A DNA stretch of 64,000 nt, taken from contig OX597815.1 in NCBI GenBank assembly GCA_951406725.2, positions 95,418,001 to 95,482,000 of the forward strand, given 5' to 3'. Below the pieces are notes generated by a model. It did no database searches and was not told the DNA's origin. It worked only from the letters and a program-made list of their open reading frames with translations. This DNA is from Octopus vulgaris (lineage: Eukaryota). The position numbers and the translations under genes were made by a program. Shown in pieces: positions 1 to 12,537 of this stretch; within the stretch, counting starts at the first letter, position 1, and every line of letters starts with the position of its first letter.

Positions 1-165
1 CGTATTTCGTCCGCCTTTACGTTCTGAGATCAAATTCCACCGAGGTCGACTTTGCCTTTCATTCTTCCACTTTGGATGAAATAAGTACCCATTGCGTACT
101 GGAATCGATATGATCGATTAGCCCCTTCTCTAGAATTTCCTGCCTTGTGACTATTGTAGGAAGGA
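1..165 (+). mobile_element. tRNA-derived SINE, family A (5' end cut by the window edge)
   Basis: B-box-like GAGATCAAATTCC, then the central block GGTCGACTTTGCCTTTCAT...AAATAAGTACC resembling the Meta/Sauria-SINE central domain. Homologous to copies at 4973-5637, 10620-10790 and 39885-40055. Confidence 0.8.
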
Positions 166-485
166 TTCTTCTTCTTCTTCTTCTTCTTCTTCTTCTTCTT
201 CTTCTTCTTCTTCTTCTTCTTCTTCTCCTCCTCCTCCTTCTTCTTCTTCTTCTTCTTCTTCTTCTTCTTCTCCTTCTTCTTCTTCTTCTTCATCTTCTTC
301 TTCTCCTTCTTCTTCTTCTTCTTCTTCTTCTTCTTCTTCTTCTCCTTCTCCGTCTTCTTCTTCTTCTTCTTCTTCTTCTTCTTCTTCTTCTTCTCTTTCT
401 CCTTCTCCGTCTTCTTCTTCTTCTTCTTCTTCTTCTTCTTCTTCTCCTTCTTCTTCTTCTTCTTCTTCTTTTTCTTCTTCTTATT

Positions 486-515
<30 letters not shown>
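166..515 (+). repeat. (CTT)n microsatellite, ~350 bp, at the SINE tail
   Basis: Read directly; explains the poly-K, poly-L and poly-R ORFs at 30-581. Confidence 0.97.
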
Positions 516-518
<3 letters not shown>

Positions 519-1811
519 ATTATACACACATGCGCTTTCATATACGCACAGGCTTGTCTGAATGCTCAACAACACTTATGAATGATAAGTGCAGGGCTTT
601 ATCATTATGACATGCAGCATCTTTGCAAGTTTCTTCTACTATTGCCATAGTAAACATCTGCAGCCTGAATGAAGTTTGGTAGCATACAATTTGTGGCATC
701 GTATTGCACGGGCTGTAACCCAAAGGGTTAACTTTCTTCATGAAACTCGCTTATTTACATAAAAATATTATGTTGACTTTCACTCAAGCATTTTCACCTC
801 AATATGTAGGAGTTGTACACTCATATCTTTATCGTTTGCTTCAGCTACAAGCAATTCCGTGAAAGAAAATCAACAATCTTAATTAAAATATCATCTGTCA
901 GTTCCAAATCAAATAATTCATAGACTGGGGAATTAATGTCTTAAAAATTAATATAATTTTCTTTTACAAGATGAATAACACCTCGAATCCATTGTAACGT
1001 GTTACCAATTAGATTTAAGCAGGAACCAGCCAGGCAGCTTGTACATAGCCTAATAACATCATTGGACTAGATGAGTATCCAACTACTATTCACATCTTAT
1101 AATCAAAATGTATGATATATTGCATAATATATCCCGGAATACATTGTGTTATTGTTTGTCTTCAGGTGGGATGTGTTTGGATACACTGCTTACAGAAATG
1201 CAATTCAATACTTACTATTGAAAAACTTACATATCTTGCAATAGCATTATTTTTCTTGAGTAACCTATTAGAGCAATACCATATAATACCATTTAAAAAA
1301 TAACCTTGCATTGTCAAATAATTTATTGAACATTATCTTATAATCATACTATAGTCTGCCTCATGTCTGCATGATTTCTAAGTGCCATTTTTACGATAAA
1401 ATCTGAAATATATTACAACTTGTACGAAAATAGGATTGATTTTTGAAATTATGGAATGAACTTTTCGTTCGGTAGGTATTGTGTATTGAGAAACTATTTA
1501 ATTTAATAGTTTTCCTTGTAATAAATAGTGCTTTGCTGGACGTTATCTGATGTCTAAATCTTATTTCGATAATTTAGCTGTTACTTCTTCGTAAATGTGT
1601 ACATAAAGCTATTTATACCCAAATAATCCTATCCCGGTAAATATAAATATAAATACGCTGCATATATTACGATATTCCACATTCAAAACTCTCCATGTTT
1701 GGTGTTTATATTATAAAACTTTGGCTTCCGAGTTAATTTTAGCTTATAATAGTTATATGAACACTTGCACCAACATATCAAATAATAACATTAGTCTTTT
1801 CTAATCATTCA

Positions 1812-1887
1812 AACACAGACACACAGACACACAGACACACACATACATACATACATACATACATACATACATACATACATACATACA

Positions 1888-1934
<47 letters not shown>
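1812..1934. repeat. Compound (CACAGA)n(CATA)n(TA)n microsatellite
   Basis: Read directly. Confidence 0.95.
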
Positions 1935-1935
<1 letters not shown>

Positions 1936-2391
1936 AGGTGATTAAAATCAAAATAAGCAACAAGCATATCCTGAGGTAATGCAGTACGATCGTTTCATGC
2001 AACTACATTTAATTGAACAATGCAATCATAATATCAATTTAAAATGTAGAGCAATCTTCAGCTGCACGAAGATATAGAATTGAATTCAATTAGAACAGAT
2101 GGACACATTAGTATAATTATACCTAAAATCTCCAAGAAGTTAAGGAGACAAAGAACATGTACCTAAAACAGTATAGTCGTAACTAACATTTGCAATAAGA
2201 CACTGTTTGTCACTGATGTCTTTTTTTATGTGGTCAGTTTTAATTTATAGACTAGTTTATCAAATCCCTTGTATGTTTAAGGCTGAGAAAAACAGAAGGC
2301 AGTATTTGTTTGGCGTAGGGTTGAGGGAGTAGATAGACATTCTAGATGGTATAGTCATAACAATCAAGATTTATTACAAACAATATCATGA
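1935..2391 (-). mobile_element. PLE-type terminal repeat fragment carrying a hammerhead
   Basis: Reverse complement aligns by eye to 24699-25152 (e.g. GATTTGATAAACTAGTCTATAA, AATTATACTAATGTGTCCAT, CTTGTTGCTTA). Both copies end against (TA)n and carry the same hammerhead. Confidence 0.7.
1980..2066 (-). ncRNA. Type I hammerhead ribozyme motif, core complete
   Basis: Minus strand reads UGCAG-CUGAAGA-[long stem II: UGC/GCA, CUACAUUU/AAAUGUAG, AAUUGA/UCAAUU]-GAAAC-GAUC-GUA-CUGCA. Stem I is 5 bp; stem III is palindromic (ACGAUCGU); cleavage triplet GUA, predicted cut between 1985 and 1984. The base of stem II is U.U rather than the usual R-Y pair. Confidence 0.75.
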
Positions 2392-2427
2392 GCGCAGTTA
2401 TCAAAGTTATCATACTTATCAGTCAAT

Positions 2428-2450
2428 GTGTCTGTCTGTCTGTCTGCCTG

Positions 2451-2482
<32 letters not shown>

Positions 2483-2483
2483 C

Positions 2484-2543
<60 letters not shown>

Positions 2544-2544
2544 A

Positions 2545-2587
<43 letters not shown>
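2428..2587. repeat. (TCTG)n(TCTA)n microsatellite
   Basis: Read directly; source of the SIYL-repeat ORFs. Confidence 0.95.
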
Positions 2588-3158
2588 TATGTCCTGGTAG
2601 GATATAAATATAGGCTAGTTCCAATGAACCACATAGCCCAAGTTCTGGGTATCAACACTGTCGGATTCCAGACTAATATCGAAATACTTCAGGTGTAGAA
2701 AATCCTCGCCTTATGACGGTTATACCATTGTGAGTTTAGCAAAGAGTAAAACATAATCCAATTCATAAGAAAAGGAAATATTTTAACCCATCTTTAATGA
2801 TCAGTCACAATTGTTTCTGTACCAACTCTGCATGAAACGCCAGTTTACGGAAGAGAACGATGTGAAAGAAGATTACGCAAATGTTTTACTGCAAACCTAT
2901 GCTTAAACTAGCGTTGTTAGCGGAGTTCGTACAGAGAAAATTGTAGCTGATCGTTCAAGATAGGTTAATCTTTTTCTTTATTTCATAACTTGGATTACAC
3001 ACACACACACACACACATAAATGTATATATAATTTAAAATATATATATATATTATACAAAGCTCGTCCACAGATATTGGCTACTTGATATCATCATGCAG
3101 TGGAAACGCTTTTGTTACTGGATGTACATGAGTATCCGCAGACTTTATATAAATAAAC

Positions 3159-3390
3159 AATGATAAAACATTGAATGAACGACACTCCTTTTTTTAAAAA
3201 ATAAATCACTACAATTGTTTCCACACACTTTTGTCATCCATACTACATTGGTGATGTATTTCGAAGTTATTATCAGGCATGATAAGTAATTACATAATAT
3301 CTCACCAACGTACTATGGCTCTAAGAAATGCGCCAGAACAATTGTAGTGATTTTAAATAAATAATGCTGTTCATTTAATTTTCTATCATT
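3159..3390. repeat. Imperfect ~230-bp inverted repeat
   Basis: Perfect 17-bp arms AAATCACTACAATTGTT (3203-3219) and AACAATTGTAGTGATTT (3337-3353), with imperfect pairing inside and outside them. Confidence 0.75.
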
Positions 3391-3569
3391 TATCTGCATC
3401 CCTCACACACACACACGCACATGTGTATATATAAATATGTGTGTGTGCGTGAGTGTGTGTATCTGCACTCCCGGGTGCATGTGTAGCAAGTCCCTTAGGT
3501 TTTTCCTCCGCAGTTTATTTACACTGCCATAATTTCACCAATATGCCAACATACACTGTAATAGAGTAA

Positions 3570-3720
3570 CGTTTACACCCCGTAACATAGAGATCCTGCA
3601 AAAGAGACCGATAGAATAAGTACAATACTTTCACATAATATAACTACCGGGAGCAATTTGATCAAATTTAAGGCAGCGCTTTGTCATGACCGCAGTCTAT
3701 TGACTGAAACAATAAAAAAA
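3570..3720 (+). mobile_element. SINE family B, 3' fragment
   Basis: GCAAAAGAGACCGATAGAATAAGTAC...CATGACCGCAGTCTATTGACTGAAAC matches the tail at 36551-36745. Confidence 0.7.
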
Positions 3721-4013
3721 TAAAAAATAATATAATCTTAACATTCACATGCCAAATTATTATCGATAATGTTGTAGACTACCATCAATCTTTGAGCAAG
3801 ACAACGAAAAAGCTATCGTGTAAACGATGTCTAAGGTTCGAACTTATTATCGTATTAGCAAGCCTGCTTGCTCATTTGAAGAAATGTTTTTTTTTTACCA
3901 GTATATTCTATATTCCATCGTGAAGATTGCTTGCTTTTTGAAGGTTTTCCTCACGGCGTGGCTTACATGTCCTGAAATAGCTCCTTGTCCATGAGGGGAT
4001 CTTTACATTCAGG

Positions 4014-4051
<38 letters not shown>

Positions 4052-4972
4052 CCAAAACTCCCCTTCAAACTGTGCAGTACTCAAGCACTCAAAATACTGA
4101 CTCTTGTCGCAAAGTAGTTCAATGTATGTCTCATGAAATTACATAATAGTTATGAGTCTGTAATTCACTTAATCATCATACTTAAATAGAAGGAAACACA
4201 CAAGAAAAAGTACAAACTTGTCAAGACTTTCAAAACTACATCTGTCTCCATTTATATTCTGATCATGCTGTAAGAATGGATCCTCTACATTTTGCCGCCT
4301 CAGTGTAATTATTGTTACATAACATGCTCTTTTAGATTTTATTCTTTCTTCATTCTTTAAACACTCACTGACGTTTTGTTAAACGGACTCACAATCAGAA
4401 TTTGCATCATTATGAAATCTTTTAATTTATTTGAGTTATCCATTGTAAGAGAAGAAAATGTGCGCTACACATAGCGACGTAAAAATACCAGGGTAGAGTC
4501 AATATCCTCACATAATATAATTCGAAATTATTTAACTAAAAATATTACAAGAAAATAGTTTAGTGTACAATTTCTGCCTAGCAATCTTGAAATTAGCAGA
4601 CAGGATTGGGACATGTAAATGACCATGGATCAGCATTAATGCTATTTCAAAGACAACGCATGCAATAATATCAGATTATGATTTCGTTCCAAAGCAATGC
4701 GTATGCTTTCTAACACCCAATCTAACATTAAATAACGAAATAGCTCCACAAGATTCGTAACCAATATACGAAAGATAGTGCCTCGGCTTAGAAGCGCGAC
4801 CTGCTATATATTTCACCCAACTTGCCACTACACATCATGTAACTTATTAAAAAAAAGACGAGACACTTGATAAAATGACCCGTTAAATGACCTGACAATG
4901 ATTTTGGCTGAACGATTTCCCCAATCGGGGAGGATCTGCGGGAAAACAATCATTGCACCAGCTGGAATAATA

Positions 4973-5637
4973 TTGGTTTCTAAGTTTGACACAAGGCCAG
5001 CAATTTCAAGGGAGTGGGTAAATCGATTACATCAACACCCGTGATCAAATGATGCTTATTTTATCGACCTCGAAATGATGAAAGGCTAAGCTGAACTGGA
5101 ACTTACAACATAAAGACTGACGAAATGTTGCCAGGAATTCCGCCTGGCATTCTAATGATTCTGCCCGCTTGCCGCCTTACTGGTTGTAATATTATACTTT
5201 TCTACTCTAGGCACAAGGACCGACATTTTTTTTGGGGGAGGTGTAGGTTGGACAGTCGATTAGATCGATCCCAGTACGCAACTAGTACTTAATTTATCCA
5301 CCTCGAAAGGATGAACGGCAAAGTCGACTTCGGTGGAATTTGAACTCAGAACGTAAAGACAGATGAAATACCGCTAAACATTTCGCCCGGCGTTCTAACG
5401 TTTCTTATTTCTTTATTGTCCACAAGGGGCTAAACAGAGAGGGGACAAACAAGGACAGAGAAAGGGATTGAGTCGATTACATTGAACCCAGTGCGTAACT
5501 GGTACTTAAATTATAGACCCCGAAAAGATGAAAGGCAAAGTCGACCTCGGCGGAATTTGAACTCAAAACGCAACGGCAGACGAAATACGGCTACGCATTT
5601 CGCCCGGCGTACTAACGTTTCTGCCAGCTCGCCGCCC
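4973..5637 (-). mobile_element. Three head-to-tail SINE family A copies
   Basis: The block TTATCGACC(T/C)CGAAAGGATGAAAGGCAAAGTCGAC recurs at about 5060, 5293 and 5510. The youngest copy ends GTTTCTGCCAGCTCGCCGCC (5637), with A/B-box-like motifs on the minus strand. Confidence 0.85.
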
Positions 5638-6294
5638 AAGTTTGTAATAATATTGATATGTGAACTATCTTGCGTATCAACCGATGCTTGTTAGATAGCA
5701 CAAATAATATCAAGACTGCGTAAAGTACGCACTTTACTTTCAGGAAAAAAGCGACTTATGATTTCTTATATTAGAGACCATTGAGCTTCTGTCTTACACT
5801 ATTATTCTTGTGTATGAACAGAAATGATTATGAAATAACTGTACCTCAGAAATAACAGCACATCAATGAAATTCCTTAATATATAATTTAGAACTAATAG
5901 CTTACTATTACATCAGAGTACAAAAAAGAAAAAAAAAACCATCAGAAAACAACGGAAAAATTATAGATCATTGTGTATAAAAATGCTTACAGACTAATCA
6001 TACTTATATATATTTCTTCATGTTTGCGTGAAAAAAAAAAAAAGAAACAAGAGAATAACAGACTAAAAAAATCTACTAATGTTTACTTTTCTTTACTCAG
6101 ATTAAAATATAAAATTCTTAAGTCGAGATTGTAAACTTTATAACAATCAGTTCAAGTAAATATAGCGAAATTCGAGAACACTTGATAAAACCATACGCAT
6201 TCCCAAATATATGTACATTAAATAATGCATGTTCGGGCGAAATTATAAAGTTAGCTGAATCAAATAGATAGGTTTTTAAATGCGTTTATATGAT

Positions 6295-6490
6295 CGGTGG
6301 AGCTGCTAGAAATTGTTGTAAAATCTCTAAAAAATTGCACACTATAGTATTAAAATATGGAAAGAACACATTGGGTCATGTATCGCTAGCTACATATTCT
6401 TGAAAATGTAAGATGAAACAGTCAAATCTAGCATATCTTTAATCAAAAGTTTGTATGCTGGTATTCACTTGGTCCCAAGCAACAACAAAT
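6295..6490 (+). mobile_element. Old dispersed repeat (SINE-like, with an (AAC)n tail)
   Basis: CTGCTAGAAAT...GAACACATTGG...AACAACAA. Diverged relatives appear near 9500-9620 (+), 40265-40420 (+), 41325-41470 (-), 48510-48700 (+) and 49280-49450 (-). Confidence 0.5.
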
Positions 6491-9071
6491 ATTGACAATT
6501 TCCTGTTCTTTAGCTCGTTAAACGTTTGATACCATGGAATAACCTTACATTTACTGGATATTTATTTTGAAGGAGAAAATATTTTTTAAAATTCAGATTT
6601 GGAAAGAAACCAAATGTGCAACACACCAAATTTCTCATCACGATAGCGCAATTTTTACACTAACTATATATATATGTTTGGGTTCCATCAGCCTAAGAGA
6701 TATAAAGGCTGAGAGGTACATCTAAAGTATCCACCTGACTATAAAAATTAGCCTATATTGGATATTACATATGCCTTTCATTTTTTTCCTACAAACACAG
6801 TAGTACTTTGAACTTTTAGCCATGTGTTATTGCTCCTTAATTCTTTCCCATTCTCTTCATTCCAACTTTGGTTGTGAGCTATGTGATAAACATTTCCATA
6901 CTTCTCCCAAAATAAGCTTATGAGACTATCGACCTCACAACTCTCGAGTCGAAACCAATCACTTGATGTTTGCATTGTCAAGGCATTCTCTCAATATCTC
7001 TCAATCATTTCTAGTGTACTCTTACACTTTACTATGCCGTTCAAAATTTTCTGTATTCATATTACCAGGTTTTGTGCAACATCAAGCAAAGCTGCATTAC
7101 ACTTCAACATTGCAACAATACCGTCTCCTTAAGGTATGAAAAATGCACTAACTCTGCCCTTACCAAACAAACAACCACTATTTGATCTCCCTTTGCTTAT
7201 AAACAAACAACACGCAATTAAAATTAAAACCCTCCACAAATGGAAGGCCGCAAGATAACAGATGTTATCTTCTGAGACCCACAATAGATTGTTACTACCA
7301 TATCTCGGATACCGGTGTCGCTGCACAAAAACACACCCTATAATGCTTTTAATGTATAACCACTCAGTTGAATGACATGTTCTTAATCATCAAAAAGCTC
7401 CGGAACTCACAGTTAGCTATTTCTATTCAAATCCATTTGACTCAATAATGTCTGGCCTTATCCATTTGTTTTTATTCTAGTCCTTGCATTTACTTTTATG
7501 ATTATTACTTATTGACCAGAACAGTAAAAAATTTGAATTATGTTCCCACTTGCATGTTACTTAAGTCAACAAATTTAACGGGAACTGTATCGATTTCACC
7601 AGCCAATCTCTTCCTTACGGCAAAAAAAACAAAAACCAGAAGGAAGATGCAAGCAACGTATCGCATTGTCGAGTCAATGCACATGTTTACTTCACTTATA
7701 GAAGAGGTCAGAAAGTCTGAGAGACCATATTCAGTAGCTCTTATGTCACCTCGTTTCTGTTCTATACAGATCGCTATAAAATAAAACAACGCCAGTTATT
7801 CTACTTTCTACGAGTAAGTATCAGATAATCTATTAAGTTTTATTCAAAGGCAGATTTATATCTCTTCTCCTTCTCACCACAAATAAACCGGAACAAGATA
7901 TTTCCTGTATATACTCATCATGTGATTATATTACAGGCTATTACAACTGAAAATTATAATTAAGTTGCTTCGTGCTTGATAAGAAATGGAATGAAAAATC
8001 AAATGGATAAACAATATCAAGCAAAGAAATTGCTGAAAAAAATAACGTAATCATGTTCCTAAAACTGAAGCACAATAGCAAAATAAAATCTAACAGGAAA
8101 ATCTATCCTGTGTGAAAACAATACAAAAAAATAAAGCGACAGGGTAAACAGGAATAGAGAATAAATTCAAACAAGACATTTCAGGTAAGAGGCACTTGAA
8201 ATAACATCTCAGTTAAGAGAAAAAAAATTGATAAATAAAAATCAGTAAGGGAAGTAACACCCTACGCAGACTAAAAATGTTTATACTTATTTTTTTTTTT
8301 AATGGGAGATGATTTTATGATCTTTTAAGACACCCACTGAATAATCACGAAGAAAGCATTTAAGTTTGTAATTTGACTCTGTGAGAAAGCCAAGCCAATT
8401 TCTGTATTGTTTGTATGTTCTATCACGAATCTTCCCAAAATACACATAGAAGCGCGCGCGCAGACACATATACATAAAAATGCGTGTGGGTGGGTGTATA
8501 TATATATATAATTATACATATGTGTAGTTATGTGTGCATTTTGTTTGTGTGGGGTTGCTGGCTTATTTGCATTACTCTTACAATGTTATATTCCGGCATG
8601 TTTATTTTGATCTAGTTATTGTACGTTTATTTTTCATATACTGAAAACATTCACATCAATGCTGCAAACCACACGATAGGATGAGCTATTTTATAGAATA
8701 ATTTAAAAACAAATGTCGATAGCATATAATGTCATGTAGGTTTATGTTTATTTCTAGTGTGTATAGTGCGGTTTTTGTGGTGGTTAATTCGTGAAGAAAG
8801 TTGTTGATATCGTGTGAACGTATCTCTTTATAATTGTGCATTTATTTCTGAGTTGTTTCACTGTTTTATTTCTGATCAATAGCGATATTGTATGTTCATG
8901 TTTGAATGCATTTGTTGAGTATGTGGGTGTGGTTAAGTTTTTTCTTAGAGTTTCATTGAATGCTTGTTACCAGTGTATTCACTGTATCGTCATAATTAAA
9001 GACACACGTATGTACGTATTAAAATGTATACGTAGACAGATGCAAAGAATATAAGCACAAACGTACGTAAA

Positions 9072-9127
<56 letters not shown>

Positions 9128-10619
9128 CAACTTTTATTTGAAGTTACCATATTTAATAGCACGTTCTAGATCGATTTCTTTCTGCGAATGTAGGTACAGA
9201 TATAATGCAAATGAATCTGTTTTCCTAATATATTTTTTGTTAAAGTATGTGACTCTCAGCAGGTTTTGATGTTTACATTAATGCAACAATTGAATAAATG
9301 AATTCTTGCATGATCCAGAAAGATGTGGGTATCAATACTATGTATCATAAATTTTTTTTTCGTTTTATATTCCAATTTATTTATTGACTATGGTAGATAA
9401 TGTTTGCAAAATATATACTATGTCTACCATTGTCTCAAATTAACCCGTACCTCGTGCCAAAGCGCAAATTCTTTAAGCAGTTTCTCCCTGTGATATTGAT
9501 AGCAGTCTAACCGCACTCAAATCACCTTTTCGTCTTAAACCATAAGGAAAATTAATCTGAAATGTAAAGAAAAATATTTGACGTCATACAGAGCTGACAT
9601 GGGGTTAAACAACAACCAATACAGTCTTCATTACCGCCCAAGACGGCTTTTGCATGACAATTTATATAACGTTCCTAGGTATACAAGAAAAGAGCACTGC
9701 CTACAGTTACTCAACAAGAAACAATATCGTCAAGAAAGTATCCTTGACGATCTTTTACCAAATTGTAGCCAGAGATTTTTCTTGTCAGTTGGTCTAATAT
9801 CCCTATTTCGCTATATCACCGCTCTTATCAGCTTTCTAAGTTGTATATTGATTTCTCAATTTGTTATAATGGAATCTATATTACCCAATTCGTATATTGT
9901 ATAACCTAAGTCTGCTGAAAACTCAATCTGTTCATCATCGCATTCTAACTTTGGTTTCACCTTTCTATTAAATATATTGCTAGAATTATTTTCTCATAGC
10001 TGCAGCAACCCTTCTGAAATTTTAATCTGGGTGATCTATTTGTTAATCTATCTAAATTGCAAATCGAAGTAAATATTGTGTTGTGATATCTAACAAATTT
10101 GTTTGTCCTTAGGTACATTAGTACCTCAACCTACCACCAACTAAATCAATTTACTGAAGCGTTTAAAACAATGTTACCAAAAATATTCCATTTTAATTGG
10201 TGTCTAATTAGACACCGTAATCAACCCATTTCAAGAATATATTTCATTAAAATGCAGAGATTTATTATTGCTTGTTTCCACTTTTTCCAGATCAGTGACT
10301 TTTCGTCACTGGAAAAAGTATATATATGCATTGAGAATCATTTACCAGTCCCAATCGGTAGTTGTCACAGATGGTGATTCGTCAATACCCAGAAACTCGG
10401 GTCCGCGTGTATCACGCCAGGCTGGAGATGGGAACGATGATTTCCTTTTTCAAAATGTGATAGGGCACAGTTAGTGTGTCGATAGCCAGCTGGAGGAGAT
10501 GTCTTCCTGGGGCTACAAGCTACAGTAGCATCAACCCTTAAGGGTTAGCCACATTTAGGCGGCAATTATACTGCACGATAGATACGCGCACATGTTGGCT
10601 GTTTGTAAGCATGGTATTC

Positions 10620-10790
10620 ATTGATAATGATCTAAAATTTTGTCAGAAGGCCAGCAATCTCGGGATAGAAATCAGTCTATTACATCGACCTCAGTTACAA
10701 CTGGTACTTATTTTATCGACCCGGAATGATGAAAGGCAAAGTTATCCTCGGGAGAGCTTGAACTCAGAGCGTAAAGATGAACGAAATGTT
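10620..10790 (-). mobile_element. SINE family A, diverged copy
   Basis: CTGGTACTTATTTTATCGACCCGGAATGATGAAAGGCAAAGTT...TTGAACTCAGAGCGTAAAG. Confidence 0.8.
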
Positions 10791-11209
10791 GCAATATGGT
10801 AAAATTAAAAAAAATAAAATATTGAGGATATATTGTGTAGATAAGTAAATACTAATTCACTTTTATGTACTCTTAGATTATTTAATGTTAAGAGTAAAAG
10901 CTAATATTGCACTAACTTAAAAATATACAATAATATAAGCGAGAAAACTCTCATTATTATAAGTCACATGAAAAATAATGAAAACATTTGTTAAGAATAA
11001 CATCCTGACAGAGTCGATTTATCATATTAAATAACATCGTTGATTCTTATTTTCAGCTTATCTCAAAACCGGACTGGTTTTAAAATCTGAAAGTAAATAG
11101 ATGAAAAATTCAAATAAAAACTAAGTAACCAGTCTATTTGTTTATTACAGCCAGAAATATTTATAATTTTGGAAACTAGAAATGCATACGTATGCCTGTA
11201 TTCATGTGG

Positions 11210-11214
<5 letters not shown>

Positions 11215-11300
<86 letters not shown>

Positions 11301-11430
11301 CATATGTGTGCAGGAATATATGTATATGGGGAAACATATGCACAGGGACAGACAGACAGACACTGACACAGACACACTCACACACACATACACATATACA
11401 CACATACATAGGCACACACGTACACACATG
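11215..11430. repeat. (TA)n plus CA-rich compound microsatellite
   Basis: Read directly; source of the YIYI and THTH ORFs. Confidence 0.95.
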
Positions 11431-11785
11431 CATTCATGCGCGAAACATACACATCCAGATAAAAATAAACGATTCATATTGTTAATATGTGAAGGAAATA
11501 CGACGTTGTGTACATGAATAAGTCAGAAGTTGCGCAAATTGTTTTCTCTTTTCGAATGGAAAAAATAATCGAATGACTCTTATTCTATTCTGTTTTACCA
11601 AAATAGCATAGGAGATATATACATCTGAGTATTGAACAAAATGATTAAAATTTACCTGCGATTTATAACTATTTTATTTGTGGTATTCTAGAATAAATAG
11701 TAAACACCATGAGGTATTAATAACTTCACTACTCATCCACTATATACTTACATACATGCATATAATACATCCATAGAATACATAC

Positions 11786-11824
<39 letters not shown>

Positions 11825-11839
11825 CACATGATACATATG

Positions 11840-12200
11840 TCGCTACAACTGTCATGGTTTTAGAGGTTGTCAACAATGAAGAGCATGTGATGCCTTTTTA
11901 CTTCTTTCCACGAGGCCTTAAACTTAACTCTGCCGCTTGCATTGAAGTCCTAGAAATAATTGTTAAACCCCCGATAAGCAGTGTATGCAATGGAAGGCCG
12001 TATGCATTTCAGTAAGACTCTGCACTATCACACATGGCTCTAGTATCACAGGAATGGATGGCAGAAAATGTTCACGATCACATAAACCCTAACGTTTGGC
12101 CTACTAATTCCCCAGATCTGAATCCATTGAACTATTATATGTGGGGCTTTGTTCAGAGAGAGAAAATCAATGAACATGCCCATAACACCAAATATTTTAT
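11840..12200 (+). pseudogene. Tc1/mariner-superfamily transposase relic, DD37D (maT) spacing
   Basis: Translates GRPYAFQ*DSALSH...WPTNSPDLNPLNYYMWG. I count 37 residues between the second catalytic D and the third position, which is N here instead of D. In-frame stop present. Confidence 0.85.
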
Positions 12201-12240
12201 AACGATAGTAATGCCCCAAATGACCATTTGAAATACAGAT

Positions 12241-12537
<297 letters not shown>

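Noticed and set aside
30-581. Poly-Lys, poly-Leu and poly-Arg ORFs
   Set aside because: These are translations of the (CTT)n microsatellite.
5540-5637. tRNA gene calls at SINE heads (also 35128-35200 and 39885-39960)
   Set aside because: A/B boxes are present, but there is no full cloverleaf and each head runs into SINE body sequence.
6770-7790. Possible L1-type 3' end (6770-7330) and PIF1/Helitron-like fragment (7538-7789)
   Set aside because: Only vague resemblance; no diagnostic motif could be read with confidence.
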